Assembly (NCBI GenBank): GCA_965223545.1
Contig: OZ245006.1
Span: 4,544,001-4,608,000, forward strand
From: Planctomycetota bacterium
GTDB lineage: Bacteria > Planctomycetota > UBA1135 > UBA2386
Length of the DNA: 64,000 nt
Direction: 5' to 3'
The position numbers were made by a program, and so were the translations under genes. The notes below the pieces were generated by a model, which worked only from the letters and a program-made list of their open reading frames with translations, was not told the origin of the DNA and ran no database searches. Below are positions 49,200 through 59,031 of this stretch, piece after piece (position 1 is the first letter of the stretch; each line of letters begins with the position of its first letter).

Positions 49200-49523
49200 G
49201 CTTGATGCCACGATCTCGTAGATGACATCGAACTCGGGACAGTGGTAGCGGCCCAGCATGTCCGCGACTTCGATCGTCTGCGTCTCGTCTGCGCCGGCTG
49301 GTTTCGCTCGACGATGGTTGCCCCGAGGGTGTAGCCGGGATCAGCTCCCCGCCGCGCGTGATGGCAACCGAGAAACCGGGGAGTCGCGCTGGTTCCACGG
49401 TTCGCCGATTTGGTCGATCGCGGCGCGCTGGTCGTCGGACAGCCCTTGGGCGGCCAGGCCCGCGGCCGACGTCAACAGCGTGAAGGCGAACGCGACGTGG
49501 CTGGCGGGGGGCGAGGCAGGCAT
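49200..49523 (-). pseudogene. Remnant of a secreted serine hydrolase (beta-lactamase family)
   Basis: Signal peptide and PWNQRDSP, frameshift into GFSVAITRGGELI, then a jump to a C-terminal-like GRYHCPEFDVIYEI; catalytic core missing. Confidence 0.5.
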
Positions 49524-49675
49524 GGCCCCATCATGGGTTCGTGGCACCCGAAGGGCACGGTGTGTCACGGGCGCACACGAGGGGCGTCTTGTCACCCTGC
49601 CGTAACGCGGGGGCGCGGGCGGCGCCGGCGCGCGGAATGGGACCGCATGGAACACCGATTGCGACGCGGTAGCGC

Positions 49676-51109
49676 ATGAACCGAGCAGTCTCGAAGTGCA
49701 CGCTCCTCGCGATGGTCTGCGTCACCGCCACCTTCGCCACCGCTCAAGGCCCGTTTCGCAAGACGCGGTTCGCGACGATGCCTTTCACTGGCGGTGGCTA
49801 CGATCTGGCGGCAGGAGACGTTGACGGCGACGGTGACGCCGACCTCGTCATCGGTGGCGACCATAAGGACAACCTGCTGTTCCTCAACGACGGGCGTGGC
49901 CGCTTCGTTGACGCGACGCAGGGCCGGCTGACGACGCCGCCGCCGCCGCCGACCTCGATCTTCGGCAACGCCACCTACGCGGTCGATCTCACCGACATCG
50001 ATGGTGATGGCGATCTCGACCTGTTGCTGGTCAACGACCACAACTTGCCGGACCGCGTGCACGTGAACAACGGTACCGGAGTGTTCACCGACGTGTCCGC
50101 CACTGCGTTGCCGCCGAACGCGGATTGGAGCGTGGATCAGGTGGTCGCAGATTTCGACCGCGATGGCGATCCTGACTGGTTGGTCCGGCACGGTGCGGGG
50201 CTTCGCTACTACCAGAACAACGGTGCCGGCGTGTTCACCGACACAACCGCGGTGAGCATCCCCGCCGGCATTGGCGGTGGCTCCTGGGAGTTCACTGGCA
50301 GCATGGCTGCCGATCTCGATCAGGACGGCGACCTCGACGTTGTCTGCCCGAACTCCTCCGGGGAACCGCTCTTGCTCGTCAACCAAGGTGCCGGCACCTT
50401 TGCTCCGGCTCCCACCGGCACGCTGCCGCCGGGAATCCAAGGAGGGGGCTACGCGGCGGACGTGGACGGCGACGGTCGCGTCGACCTGGTCCTGAGGAAA
50501 GGCGGCTTGTTCTTCCGCAACTTGGGTGGTCTCACCTTTGCTGCGCCGGTGACTGTCGGGTTCTGGCCAACGTTCGCGGCGGTCGACTACGACGAGGACG
50601 GCGACGCCGACCTCCTGTCGCGCGGAGTTGTGTACCGCTACGACGGAGCGCTGGGCTTCACCAGCGTGGCGACGCCGGAAATGGTGCTCGCCGGACCCGC
50701 ATTGGCTCTGGCCGACGTGGACGGAGATCGCGACCTCGACGTGGTCCTGCGGGGCGTCGTGTTCCCATGCTTCCAACGCCAGCTCGACGCGAGTGCGGCT
50801 CCATCACGCGGGATGGCCTACAGTGTCGATGTCTATGCGCCGACCGACTCGCCCGCGATCCCGGTGCTGCCGTTCGTCGCTGCGGGCTCGACAGCGGTCG
50901 CGATCGCCGGCCTCGGCACGCTGCGGCTCGCTCCGGCGTCAGTGGTGGCGATGCCCGTGATCACTGCGCAAAGTGGCGTTGGCCGGGCCGCCTGGCCGAT
51001 CCCGGCGAACCCCGCGATCCTTGGTGCGGAGCTGGATGTGCAGGCCGTCGTCCTGGACCCTCGTCGACCGGCGGTGCTCGGCAACGCGTTGCAGGAGTTC
51101 GTTCAGTAG
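49676..51109 (+). CDS. FG-GAP repeat protein with the shared C-terminal domain
   Basis: DVDGDGDAD repeats; signal peptide. Confidence 0.9.
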   Translation: MNRAVSKCTLLAMVCVTATFATAQGPFRKTRFATMPFTGGGYDLAAGDVDGDGDADLVIGGDHKDNLLFLNDGRGRFVDATQGRLTTPPPPPTSIFGNATYAVDLTDIDGDGDLDLLLVNDHNLPDRVHVNNGTGVFTDVSATALPPNADWSVDQVVADFDRDGDPDWLVRHGAGLRYYQNNGAGVFTDTTAVSIPAGIGGGSWEFTGSMAADLDQDGDLDVVCPNSSGEPLLLVNQGAGTFAPAPTGTLPPGIQGGGYAADVDGDGRVDLVLRKGGLFFRNLGGLTFAAPVTVGFWPTFAAVDYDEDGDADLLSRGVVYRYDGALGFTSVATPEMVLAGPALALADVDGDRDLDVVLRGVVFPCFQRQLDASAAPSRGMAYSVDVYAPTDSPAIPVLPFVAAGSTAVAIAGLGTLRLAPASVVAMPVITAQSGVGRAAWPIPANPAILGAELDVQAVVLDPRRPAVLGNALQEFVQ

Positions 51110-51190
51110 GCCGGAGCCTGGCGCGGAGCGACGCCCCCCGATAGGCTCGATAGACCGACGGCGGCGACCGCCGCGAATCGGGGGCTCCCA

Positions 51191-52153
51191 ATGCGTCAGT
51201 TGATTGCCGTGCACGGAATCGGGTCCCATCAGCCCGACTTTCACAGCTCTTGGGAAGCGCGATTGCGCGCGCAGCTGCCCGACCTCGACTTCGAGGTCCG
51301 CGGCCTGTTTTGGGCCGACCTGAAGCAGCGCATCGTCGACCGCTATCCCATTGTCAGCCCACGGTTGGCGTCCGCGTTGGACCGCATCGGTATCGGCGCT
51401 GCCGACGAATTCCGCAAGAGCGACGCCTATCAGGTGATGCGCGAGACTCTTCTGGACGTGTTCGCCTATTCGCTGTTGCACGACATGCGCCACATGCTGC
51501 AGACCGACGTGCTGCTGCGGTTGATGGAGCTGACGCGCGGTGACGGGGGCGAGAGCATCATCGTCGCGCACTCGCTCGGCGCCGCGCTGATGGTGCACGT
51601 CGCCGCCCTGCAGCGACGCGTCGACGGGCGGGTTCCGCATGGGGGACTGGTGCTCCTGGCACCGCCGCTCGGCATTCGCTCGCCGGTCTCTGCGATTCCC
51701 GATCCTCTCGCAGTGACCCCCGACAGTGCTCGGCCGACCGGCCTCGCTGGGGGGTTGGAGCAACACTTGGCGCACGAGCGGCTCGATTGGGTCGAAGGCC
51801 GTAGCTACGACGACGAGCTGAGCGAGGACCAGCGCCACGCGATCCTCGAGCAGGTCGCCCAGGATTGGATCGCGGTCGGCCGGCGCGCACTGCACTTCTG
51901 CGTCAATCGCAACGACATGGTTTGCAGCGACGTCCGGTTCGAGCTCCTGGATCGGCGCCGCGACGTGGTGCCGATCAAACAGGGATTCGATGCCGACGAG
52001 GTCGCGATCTTGAACGCCGTGGCCAACTACCACGAGTTCGAGTTCGGTGCACCAAAGGTCGATCAGGTGAGTGAGAATCACGACGTGCTGACTTACCTCG
52101 AGCAGCCGGCGGTGACCGGGGTGCTGCGCGCTTTGATCGAGGAGGGCGCATGA
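51191..52153 (+). CDS. Lipase-like alpha/beta hydrolase fold protein
   Basis: VHGIG oxyanion-like motif, AHSLG nucleophile elbow, candidate D (NRND) and H (ENHD). Confidence 0.65.
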   Translation: MRQLIAVHGIGSHQPDFHSSWEARLRAQLPDLDFEVRGLFWADLKQRIVDRYPIVSPRLASALDRIGIGAADEFRKSDAYQVMRETLLDVFAYSLLHDMRHMLQTDVLLRLMELTRGDGGESIIVAHSLGAALMVHVAALQRRVDGRVPHGGLVLLAPPLGIRSPVSAIPDPLAVTPDSARPTGLAGGLEQHLAHERLDWVEGRSYDDELSEDQRHAILEQVAQDWIAVGRRALHFCVNRNDMVCSDVRFELLDRRRDVVPIKQGFDADEVAILNAVANYHEFEFGAPKVDQVSENHDVLTYLEQPAVTGVLRALIEEGA

Positions 52154-53163
52154 GGACGCTCGGTTTCTCCGGCGCCGGCTTGCTGATCGCGACGCTCCTC
52201 GCCGGCTGCAGCGCGTGGCCGCGCGAAGTGGCGCCGGAGACCCGCGCGGCGGTGACCCGGCCGGTGCGCGACGTCCTCGCACCGTATCTTGATGGTCTGC
52301 GGCAGTTGGTGGCAGCGCTGCCCGACCCAGCGAATGGCGACGATCCGGGCGATCGGCTGGCGCTGGTCGCAGCGCGCGCGCGCGGCAATGCCCTGGTGCG
52401 CGATGCCGAGGCCGCCCGGCGACTCCTGGCCGCTGGCGAGCCCACCCTCGGGGTCATCGAGTCGCTGAAAAACCACCGTGCCCAACACCTCGCGCCGCCC
52501 TGGCGCGTCCTCGAGCTCGCGGAGGACCAGCGCAATGCCGGGGCGGCGTTCGGCGCGCGCTTCACTCAGCCGGAGCGGAAGCTCTGGGAGGCGGCCGGCG
52601 GCCCGGGTGATCTGCTTGGTGACGAGCTGTTGGTGCCGTACCTCGAGCGCCGGTCGGCACTGTTCGACCGCAAGTACTTCCACGACCCCGACGACCAGGG
52701 CGGCAACTTCATCGAGGGCTGGCTCAACAGTCGTCTGGCGTGGTTTCGCTCGGCGCAGATCGGTGACCCGGGTTGGGAAGCCAGCGCCGGCGTGTCGCCG
52801 TGGGAGGGGATCGCGCGGCTGGAGCCGATCGGCAGCCTCGATGGGCAGGGATCGCTCGGCATGATGGCCGCGCTCGGCACGACGTATCACTTCTTTCCTG
52901 CTGCGGGCGCCACCGAGTCCGGCGCACCGCGGGCGGAGGAGGGTGGCCTGTTGGCCGACTGGCTGCAGCGCGCCGGCCTGCGCGCCGGCGTCGGCGTCTC
53001 CGAGCGCGACGGCGAGACCGTCGATCTGCTGTTGGGCGCCGGCGTGCAGCTGCGGTCGTTGACGGTGTGGGGGCTTTGGAATCCCGAGGAGGACGAGTTT
53101 TCGGTCGGCTTCGGCGCGGCGGACTTCCGCTGGGTCACGGAGGCGTTGACCGTCTTCGAGTGA
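52150..53163 (+). CDS. Hypothetical lipoprotein
   Basis: Lipobox LAGC; ATGA overlap with the upstream gene. Confidence 0.7.
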   Translation: MRTLGFSGAGLLIATLLAGCSAWPREVAPETRAAVTRPVRDVLAPYLDGLRQLVAALPDPANGDDPGDRLALVAARARGNALVRDAEAARRLLAAGEPTLGVIESLKNHRAQHLAPPWRVLELAEDQRNAGAAFGARFTQPERKLWEAAGGPGDLLGDELLVPYLERRSALFDRKYFHDPDDQGGNFIEGWLNSRLAWFRSAQIGDPGWEASAGVSPWEGIARLEPIGSLDGQGSLGMMAALGTTYHFFPAAGATESGAPRAEEGGLLADWLQRAGLRAGVGVSERDGETVDLLLGAGVQLRSLTVWGLWNPEEDEFSVGFGAADFRWVTEALTVFE

Positions 53164-53188
53164 TGCCGCGTCGCGTGCGGACGTGTCG

Positions 53189-54886
53189 TCAGGGTTGCTG
53201 CACCAGGATCGAGCCTAGATTGCGCCGGTCGCCATCGGCATCCTGCGCGACCAGCGTGTAGCGACCCTGCAGGAGCTCGAGCTCGGTTGCACCACCCTCA
53301 CGCAACACGCGCCGTGCGACGCGTTGGTCCCCGTCGAACACGCTGACCACGCTTCCCGGGGCCAGACCGAAGGCGCCCAAGTCGACGATCCCGTACTGAC
53401 CGCTCACCTTGTCGGACGCGATCTCGAGTCGAGCCGAGTCCACGGTCCGGGTCGCGATCCACTGGGTCGACACCCGTCCCGCACCCGAGCGTCGCCGGTC
53501 GGCGATCCGCACCTCGCCCTCCAGAGCATCCAGCGAGAACACGAAGACACCTCGGTGGTCCGTGCGGCCGCGTTGGCGCTTGCTGCCCGCGCTCCACGTG
53601 ACCAGCGCCCCTCGCCAGGCTTGACCCCTTGCGTCGCGCACGCTGCCGGTCACCTCCACGCCCTTTGCTCGCAGATCCACGCAGAGCCTTTGCTCGCCCT
53701 CTGCAACGGCCACCGCCATCGTCGTCGTGACTCCGTCGTGCCGCGACACGACCGCTGTCCATTGTCCTGCGCCGATGCCGTGATACTCCGTGTGGCGTTC
53801 TCCGCGCTCCGCGGGTCTCGTGGTGCGCGCCCATGATGGTGGGGAGGATCCCATGACCCCGTCCGCGATCAAGTCGATGCTGCGGACGTCGTCTTCATGC
53901 TCGAACCGGACGGTGGCCCCCTTGGCGAGACGCGCGATGAGCGCGTCTTGCTCCGCGGCCACGTGCGCCATGTGGGTGGCGTATCCCTCCGCGCGGACCC
54001 AGACCGGGACCGGTCCCGCTGGCATGCCGGCGAACGTGAACCGACCATCCTCGGCGGTGCGGGTCTCGGCGGTGCGGGTGAACGCGCGGGAGCCGGGCTC
54101 TCGAGTGTTGTGCCCCGCGAAGAGCCTGGCGTTCGCCAGCGGTGTGTTGTGGTCTCCGATGACGAGGCCGCGGATCGTGCGGCCTCCGGGTTGGCACTGC
54201 AGTGTGACTCGCTGTACGCCTTCTCGCACGCGCACCCGGAGCGAGTTGAGGTGGTCGCGCGCGCTGGCCCACAGCCAGACGCCATCACGAACGAAGGTCC
54301 GCAGGACACCATCGGCTTGCGTGCGGCCAACCCGCAGCTCGGGCTCGATCTCGCCCGGCTCGCCGCCGCACAGCACTCGGGCACCCGCGAGCGGCGAGCC
54401 GTTGGCGCCGAGCACCACCACCTCCCGCGCCGTGCGGAAGGGCACTTCGATCTCGACCTCGGATCGGATGCCGTCGCGAACGTCGACCTCGACCGCCGGG
54501 GCCGAACACACCCATACGATGTAGCCGCCCGGTGCTGGCCGCAGTTCGGCCACCCCCTTCGGGTTCGTGGTCTCGGTCACGATCACCGCGAACGGAGACT
54601 TCTCGCTCGCGAGACTGACCACGGCCTCTGGCAGGCGTTGCCCGAGGGAGCTTCTGACGCGGACCAGCAGCTCTTCTTCTTCCGAGCCGGTGCGGCTGGA
54701 CAGGAGGCGTCGGCGATCGGAGGCATTGGCGGAGTGGCCGTGCAGTCTGCCCTCAGCCGCTCGCGTGGTGCCATTGCCGAGCGCGAGAGAGTCGCTGGGG
54801 GCGGGCGAGAGGGTGGCCACTGCCAAGAAGCCCAGCAAGAGCAGCGCGCATGCGCCGAGCCCGGCGAACACCATCGCCGTGCGCAT
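53189..54886 (-). CDS. Carboxypeptidase-regulatory-like domain protein
   Basis: N-terminal TM; repeated G.PL..A / T..DG.F motifs. Confidence 0.75.
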   Translation of the reverse strand: MRTAMVFAGLGACALLLLGFLAVATLSPAPSDSLALGNGTTRAAEGRLHGHSANASDRRRLLSSRTGSEEEELLVRVRSSLGQRLPEAVVSLASEKSPFAVIVTETTNPKGVAELRPAPGGYIVWVCSAPAVEVDVRDGIRSEVEIEVPFRTAREVVVLGANGSPLAGARVLCGGEPGEIEPELRVGRTQADGVLRTFVRDGVWLWASARDHLNSLRVRVREGVQRVTLQCQPGGRTIRGLVIGDHNTPLANARLFAGHNTREPGSRAFTRTAETRTAEDGRFTFAGMPAGPVPVWVRAEGYATHMAHVAAEQDALIARLAKGATVRFEHEDDVRSIDLIADGVMGSSPPSWARTTRPAERGERHTEYHGIGAGQWTAVVSRHDGVTTTMAVAVAEGEQRLCVDLRAKGVEVTGSVRDARGQAWRGALVTWSAGSKRQRGRTDHRGVFVFSLDALEGEVRIADRRRSGAGRVSTQWIATRTVDSARLEIASDKVSGQYGIVDLGAFGLAPGSVVSVFDGDQRVARRVLREGGATELELLQGRYTLVAQDADGDRRNLGSILVQQP

Positions 54887-55074
54887 CGTGTGACCACGCG
54901 CGTCGGGCGCGCTGCTCATCGAGTCCGTCGCATCTCGCTCCGGACACGTTATAGCAGCACCAGCTGGTTCCACCCAGCGATGGCCGTGCCGCTCGCCGTG
55001 CCGAGTGCCGTGGTCGACCCATCGGGGTTGACCACTTCGAACCCGCCGGCGCCGGGTCCTCGCTGAGCAAGAAA

Positions 55075-55235
55075 CGTCCGCCAGCTGATTGCTGCGATCA
55101 AGGCCTACATCGACGAGCACAACGACGATCCGAAGCCGTTCGTGTGGCGGAAGACTGCCGAGCGGATCCTCGCAAAGGTCGGCCGAGCACGCGCGGCCCT
55201 GCATAGGTCCCCAACAGCGTGAATCACACCACTAG
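55075..55235 (+). mobile_element. IS630-family transposase C-terminal remnant and element end
   Basis: LIAAIKAYIDEHNDDPKPFVWRKTAERILAKV, stop at 55222, followed by ...CCACTAG. Confidence 0.75.
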
Positions 55236-55291
55236 CCTCTTGGGCTCGCCGGTCGTAAAGCTCGGTCGTCCGCGGTGGGCCGGCGATTCGA

Positions 55292-55678
55292 TCAGAACAT
55301 CCCGTTGTCGTGCGCGGCCTTGTCGGGAACCACCTGCAGGACGTCCCAGTGCTCTACGATCTTGCCGTCGTCGTCGAACCGGAAGATGTCCATCCCGGCA
55401 TAGTCGTGGTCGCCCGGCCATTTCTGGTGGCAGTGCAGGACGACCAGGTTTCCCTCCGCTACTGAGCGCTTGACCTCGGTGGTCTTACGCGGGTACTCCG
55501 CGGCCATTCGCTCGAAGTACTCGATGAACGCTTCCTTGCCATCCCCGACCTCGGGATTGTGCTGGATGTAGGTGTCGCCGACGTACTGCTCGATCGCTTC
55601 ACGCGGCTTGCACTGGTTGAACATCAGGTCGTAGAAGGCGATGGCGCTCTGCCTGTTCTGTTCGGCACGGTCGGTCAT
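55292..55678 (-). CDS. SnoaL/NTF2-like protein
   Basis: YIQHNP.V.DG, DIFRFDDDGKIVEHWDV. Confidence 0.88.
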   Translation of the reverse strand: MTDRAEQNRQSAIAFYDLMFNQCKPREAIEQYVGDTYIQHNPEVGDGKEAFIEYFERMAAEYPRKTTEVKRSVAEGNLVVLHCHQKWPGDHDYAGMDIFRFDDDGKIVEHWDVLQVVPDKAAHDNGMF

Positions 55679-55716
55679 GATCTCGTCTCCCTCGTCGGTC
55701 GTGGGCGGGCGAGATG

Positions 55717-56637
55717 TTATCCCCACTGGACTGCGCGCATCGACAACGAGCCGAGGTCGAACCCTTCGACAGGGAAGCTCACGGAGTCCTCCTCATCAGT
55801 CGCCGCGTAGGCGTAGAGCAGGGGGAACCAGTGGTCTGGCTGCGGATGCGCTTGGCGGGCGTGCTGCCCCTCGGGCCATGCCTTGACGAGGTGCGCGCTG
55901 TCGCGCTCTTGTAGCGCTTCTGCGACCTCGCGATCGAATTGCTCGGCCCAGGCCGGCGTCGTGGGATCTCCTCCAGAACCGCGCGACAGCGCGTCCCGTA
56001 GATTGTGGGTGATGTTGCCGCTACCTAGGATCAGCACCCCACCGCCGCGCAACTGATGGAACGATCGCGCGAGCTCGAAATGCTGGGTTGAGCTCAAACG
56101 GGCATCAAGGCTCAGCTGCACGACGGGCACCTCGGCTTCGGGGAACATGTGCCGGAGTACCGACCAGGAGCCATGGTCGAGACCCCAGTCGTCCTTTACA
56201 GCGGCGCCGCGCGCCGCGTTCATGGAGAGGATCGTCTTGACCCGGGCAGCCAGGTCCGGGCTTCCGGGCGCGGGGTACTGGACGTCGTAGAGCTCCTGGG
56301 GAAACCCTCCGAAATCGTGGATGGTGCGAGGCTGGCTTCCTCCTGTGATGAAGCTGCCCTCGGTCCACCAATGCGCCGAAACAGCCAGGATGGCGCTCGG
56401 GTGAGGGAGGTCCTTGCCGATGGCCTTGAACGCTTGACTCCACCGGTTGTCCTCGATCGCGTTCATGGGAGAGCCGTGCCCGAGGAAGAGTACTGGCATG
56501 CGTGTCTTAGCCTGGCCTGTCTTCTCCATCGTTGCCTCGGGGTCGTCTCGTCGGCGGCAGCCCAGAATGTGTGATGCTGCCGCCGTGAGCCCTGCGGCTC
56601 CCGCCGCCTTGAGCAGATCCCGGCGACCGAGTTCCAT
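55717..56637 (-). CDS. ygiD: 4,5-DOPA extradiol dioxygenase (YgiD/LigB family) with a Tat-lipoprotein-like N-terminus
   Basis: FLGHGSPMNA, SAHW, IHDFGGFP, WGLDHG, GSGNITHNL, HP..DH. Confidence 0.87.
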   Translation of the reverse strand: MELGRRDLLKAAGAAGLTAAASHILGCRRRDDPEATMEKTGQAKTRMPVLFLGHGSPMNAIEDNRWSQAFKAIGKDLPHPSAILAVSAHWWTEGSFITGGSQPRTIHDFGGFPQELYDVQYPAPGSPDLAARVKTILSMNAARGAAVKDDWGLDHGSWSVLRHMFPEAEVPVVQLSLDARLSSTQHFELARSFHQLRGGGVLILGSGNITHNLRDALSRGSGGDPTTPAWAEQFDREVAEALQERDSAHLVKAWPEGQHARQAHPQPDHWFPLLYAYAATDEEDSVSFPVEGFDLGSLSMRAVQWG

Positions 56638-56641
56638 GCAC

Positions 56642-57031
56642 CTACTCCTTCCGGTAACGCATCATGGTCATGGTGTTGGGTTGGATCTTGGCCATGAAGT
56701 CGGCGGTCGCCGGTGCCGACGAGAAGCTTGCCATGGAGGCGTCAGCGTCCTTGGCTGATCGCCAGTGAACGATCACAAGCCACTGGCTGTGCTCGCCAGC
56801 GGCCGATTCTCGAGACACGAAGCCAGGCTGTTTGGCTACATGCTGAAGCTCGACAGCGCGATCGAGTGGCCGGAATTCTTCAGCCGTTACGCCAGGCTTC
56901 AGCTGAAACGTCACGACTTCGATGACCCCGGCACGCTGTGCTTTCGGAGACGCCGCACAGCCGAAGAGCATGCCGACGACGGCAAGGAGCAGGAGTGTTT
57001 GTGTCACCCGTCGGCCTGTTCCTGAATCCAT
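56642..57031 (-). CDS. ABM-monooxygenase-like (dimeric alpha-beta barrel) lipoprotein
   Basis: Lipobox LFGC; EVVTFQLKPG, QPGFVSRE, HW.S..DA. Confidence 0.7.
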   Translation of the reverse strand: MDSGTGRRVTQTLLLLAVVGMLFGCAASPKAQRAGVIEVVTFQLKPGVTAEEFRPLDRAVELQHVAKQPGFVSRESAAGEHSQWLVIVHWRSAKDADASMASFSSAPATADFMAKIQPNTMTMMRYRKE

Positions 57032-57050
57032 TTTCGTCTCCCTTCTGGCC

Positions 57051-57902
57051 TTAGAATTTGCCGTTCGTGTTTTTCCACTCGGACTGGGGTGGGATCGTCT
57101 CGATCACATCCCAGTGCTCGACGATCTTGCCTCCCTCGATCCGGAAGAGGTCGTAGAACGCCGAGTGCTCACCTTTGCCGAACTGGCCCTCACTCATGGT
57201 GAGGACGAAGCTGCCTTGCCCCAAGACGCGGTGCAAGCGGTCGTACTTCATGATGAGACCGTTGTCGGCGAAGTACTTGAGAGCCGCGCCCAGTCCATCA
57301 AGGCCATCCGCGATGCCGGGGTTGTGCTGGTGGTACTTGTCGGGGTTGATGTAGGCGGTGAGCTCGCTGGTGTCCCCGCCCATGAGAACGGTCTCGACGA
57401 AGGAGCGCACGAGTTCCTTGTTCGCCTCGGTCTTGTCGAGGTCCAGAGCCTCGGTCGGCCCGTCCAGCTGGGTCCTGCCGCTCGGGTTCGGCGGCTGAAT
57501 CTCAGCGAGGTTGTCCCAGTGCTCGACGATCTTCCCGTCCTCGAAGCGGAAGACGTCGAAGCCGACTTTGGGGCCGAAGAAGTCGTACTCGGTGTGAGTG
57601 AAGGCGAAGTCGACGTCTTCGAACGCTCGAATGACCTTGGCCTTGAACCCGCCAGGGGGCGCCGCTTGCACGACCGCAGCGAAGCCTTCCAGGCCATCTC
57701 CAATGGCCAGGTTGTGCTGGATGTACTTGTCCGCGTTGATGTAGGAGATGGGCTCTTGATCGCCGGTCTCTAGAGATGTCAGTAGGGCAGCGGCTTTGTC
57801 TTTTTGCGAGGGCATGTGGGGTCCTCCTTGTTGTGTCGTCGAGCAGCCGACCAGCGTGGCAAGGACGCCGACGAGCACACTCGTCTCGATTCTTAGCTTC
57901 AT
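57051..57902 (-). CDS. Tandem SnoaL/NTF2-like domain lipoprotein
   Basis: Two YxQHN...DG and GKIVEHWD units; lipobox LVGC. Confidence 0.88.
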   Translation of the reverse strand: MKLRIETSVLVGVLATLVGCSTTQQGGPHMPSQKDKAAALLTSLETGDQEPISYINADKYIQHNLAIGDGLEGFAAVVQAAPPGGFKAKVIRAFEDVDFAFTHTEYDFFGPKVGFDVFRFEDGKIVEHWDNLAEIQPPNPSGRTQLDGPTEALDLDKTEANKELVRSFVETVLMGGDTSELTAYINPDKYHQHNPGIADGLDGLGAALKYFADNGLIMKYDRLHRVLGQGSFVLTMSEGQFGKGEHSAFYDLFRIEGGKIVEHWDVIETIPPQSEWKNTNGKF

Positions 57903-58056
57903 GAGGGATAGAGCTTCGTCGAGCGCACCACCGCGAGAAGGTCGATCTACGACAAACGCTGGTCGAAACTGGACACAACTGGGCGCCGTGCGTGTGGCTC
58001 GCGTGTCTCGCGCGGGTCCTTCTAGTCCCGTAGCACGATTCGTAACGAGGAGTCAA

Positions 58057-59025
58057 TCAAGCGGATCCGCCCTGCGTTCGTCGGAAGGCCTCGGGAGGCG
58101 AACCAACGACGCGCTTGAAGAACTTCGCGAAGTTGGTGGGCTCCGAAAAGCCTAGTCCGTAGCCGATGGCTTCCACCGTGTCGGTGGTGGTGGCGAGCTG
58201 CCGCTTCGCCTCCAGGACCACGCGAAGGTCGATCATTCGCTTTGGTGACGTGTTTCGTGCTGCCCGGCACGCACGCGCCAGCGTACGTGGCGTAGTGCGT
58301 AGCTTGGACGCATACCACGCTTGCGTACGGGATGAGGCGTGTTGATCCTCGAGAAGGTGCTCGAACTCCAAAACGAGCGCCTCGTAGCGCAGCGCCGTCA
58401 GATCCCCGGTATCGCGGCGAGCTGTTACGACGTCGGCGAGACCCGCGAGGATGGTTCCAAGAACGTGAGGCCCTACGGTTCCTGGCCGCAATTCCGAGGC
58501 TTCGCTGTCGAGCACCTCCTGCAGGCGTAGGAGCTCGGTCAGAATCCTGAAGTCGCTCGCAGCCGGGTGCAGGACTGTGTTGGCCTGCCAGCGGGCGGGG
58601 TGCGGGATGTGGGCCTGCTCCAAAGCCCCAGGCGTGAAGAAGAGGATCAACGCCTCGTGGTCTGCGCCGGCGTCGAAAGAGTGCACCTGCTCAGGGCGAA
58701 CGTGTAGGACGTCGCCGGGGCTCAGCGCGATACGCTCGAAGTCGACGTAGTGGGCTCCATTGCCGGCGACCACGAACTGGACCAAGTGAAAGGCCAATCG
58801 CGTCGGGTCGTACATGGAGTGATCCATCTCGCGCGCGCGCAGATTCGACAACCGCACGACATCGACCGGGCTCGAGCGCCCGGTCGAGTGGCTGAAGGTA
58901 AGCCTCTGGATGCGATCGTTCCGGCCTCTCTGGTCTTCCCGACGTGGCCTGACGACTGGGCACCGCGCCTCATTGGAGCGGGCAGTGGGTTCCCGGGTCG
59001 GGTTGCGCGATCGGTCGAGCTGCAT
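58057..59025 (-). CDS. AraC family transcriptional regulator
   Basis: Cupin-like N-domain; LEAKRQL, LGFSEPTNFAKFFKR; start uncertain. Confidence 0.88.
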   Translation of the reverse strand: MQLDRSRNPTREPTARSNEARCPVVRPRREDQRGRNDRIQRLTFSHSTGRSSPVDVVRLSNLRAREMDHSMYDPTRLAFHLVQFVVAGNGAHYVDFERIALSPGDVLHVRPEQVHSFDAGADHEALILFFTPGALEQAHIPHPARWQANTVLHPAASDFRILTELLRLQEVLDSEASELRPGTVGPHVLGTILAGLADVVTARRDTGDLTALRYEALVLEFEHLLEDQHASSRTQAWYASKLRTTPRTLARACRAARNTSPKRMIDLRVVLEAKRQLATTTDTVEAIGYGLGFSEPTNFAKFFKRVVGSPPEAFRRTQGGSA

Positions 59026-59031
59026 CGAGTG

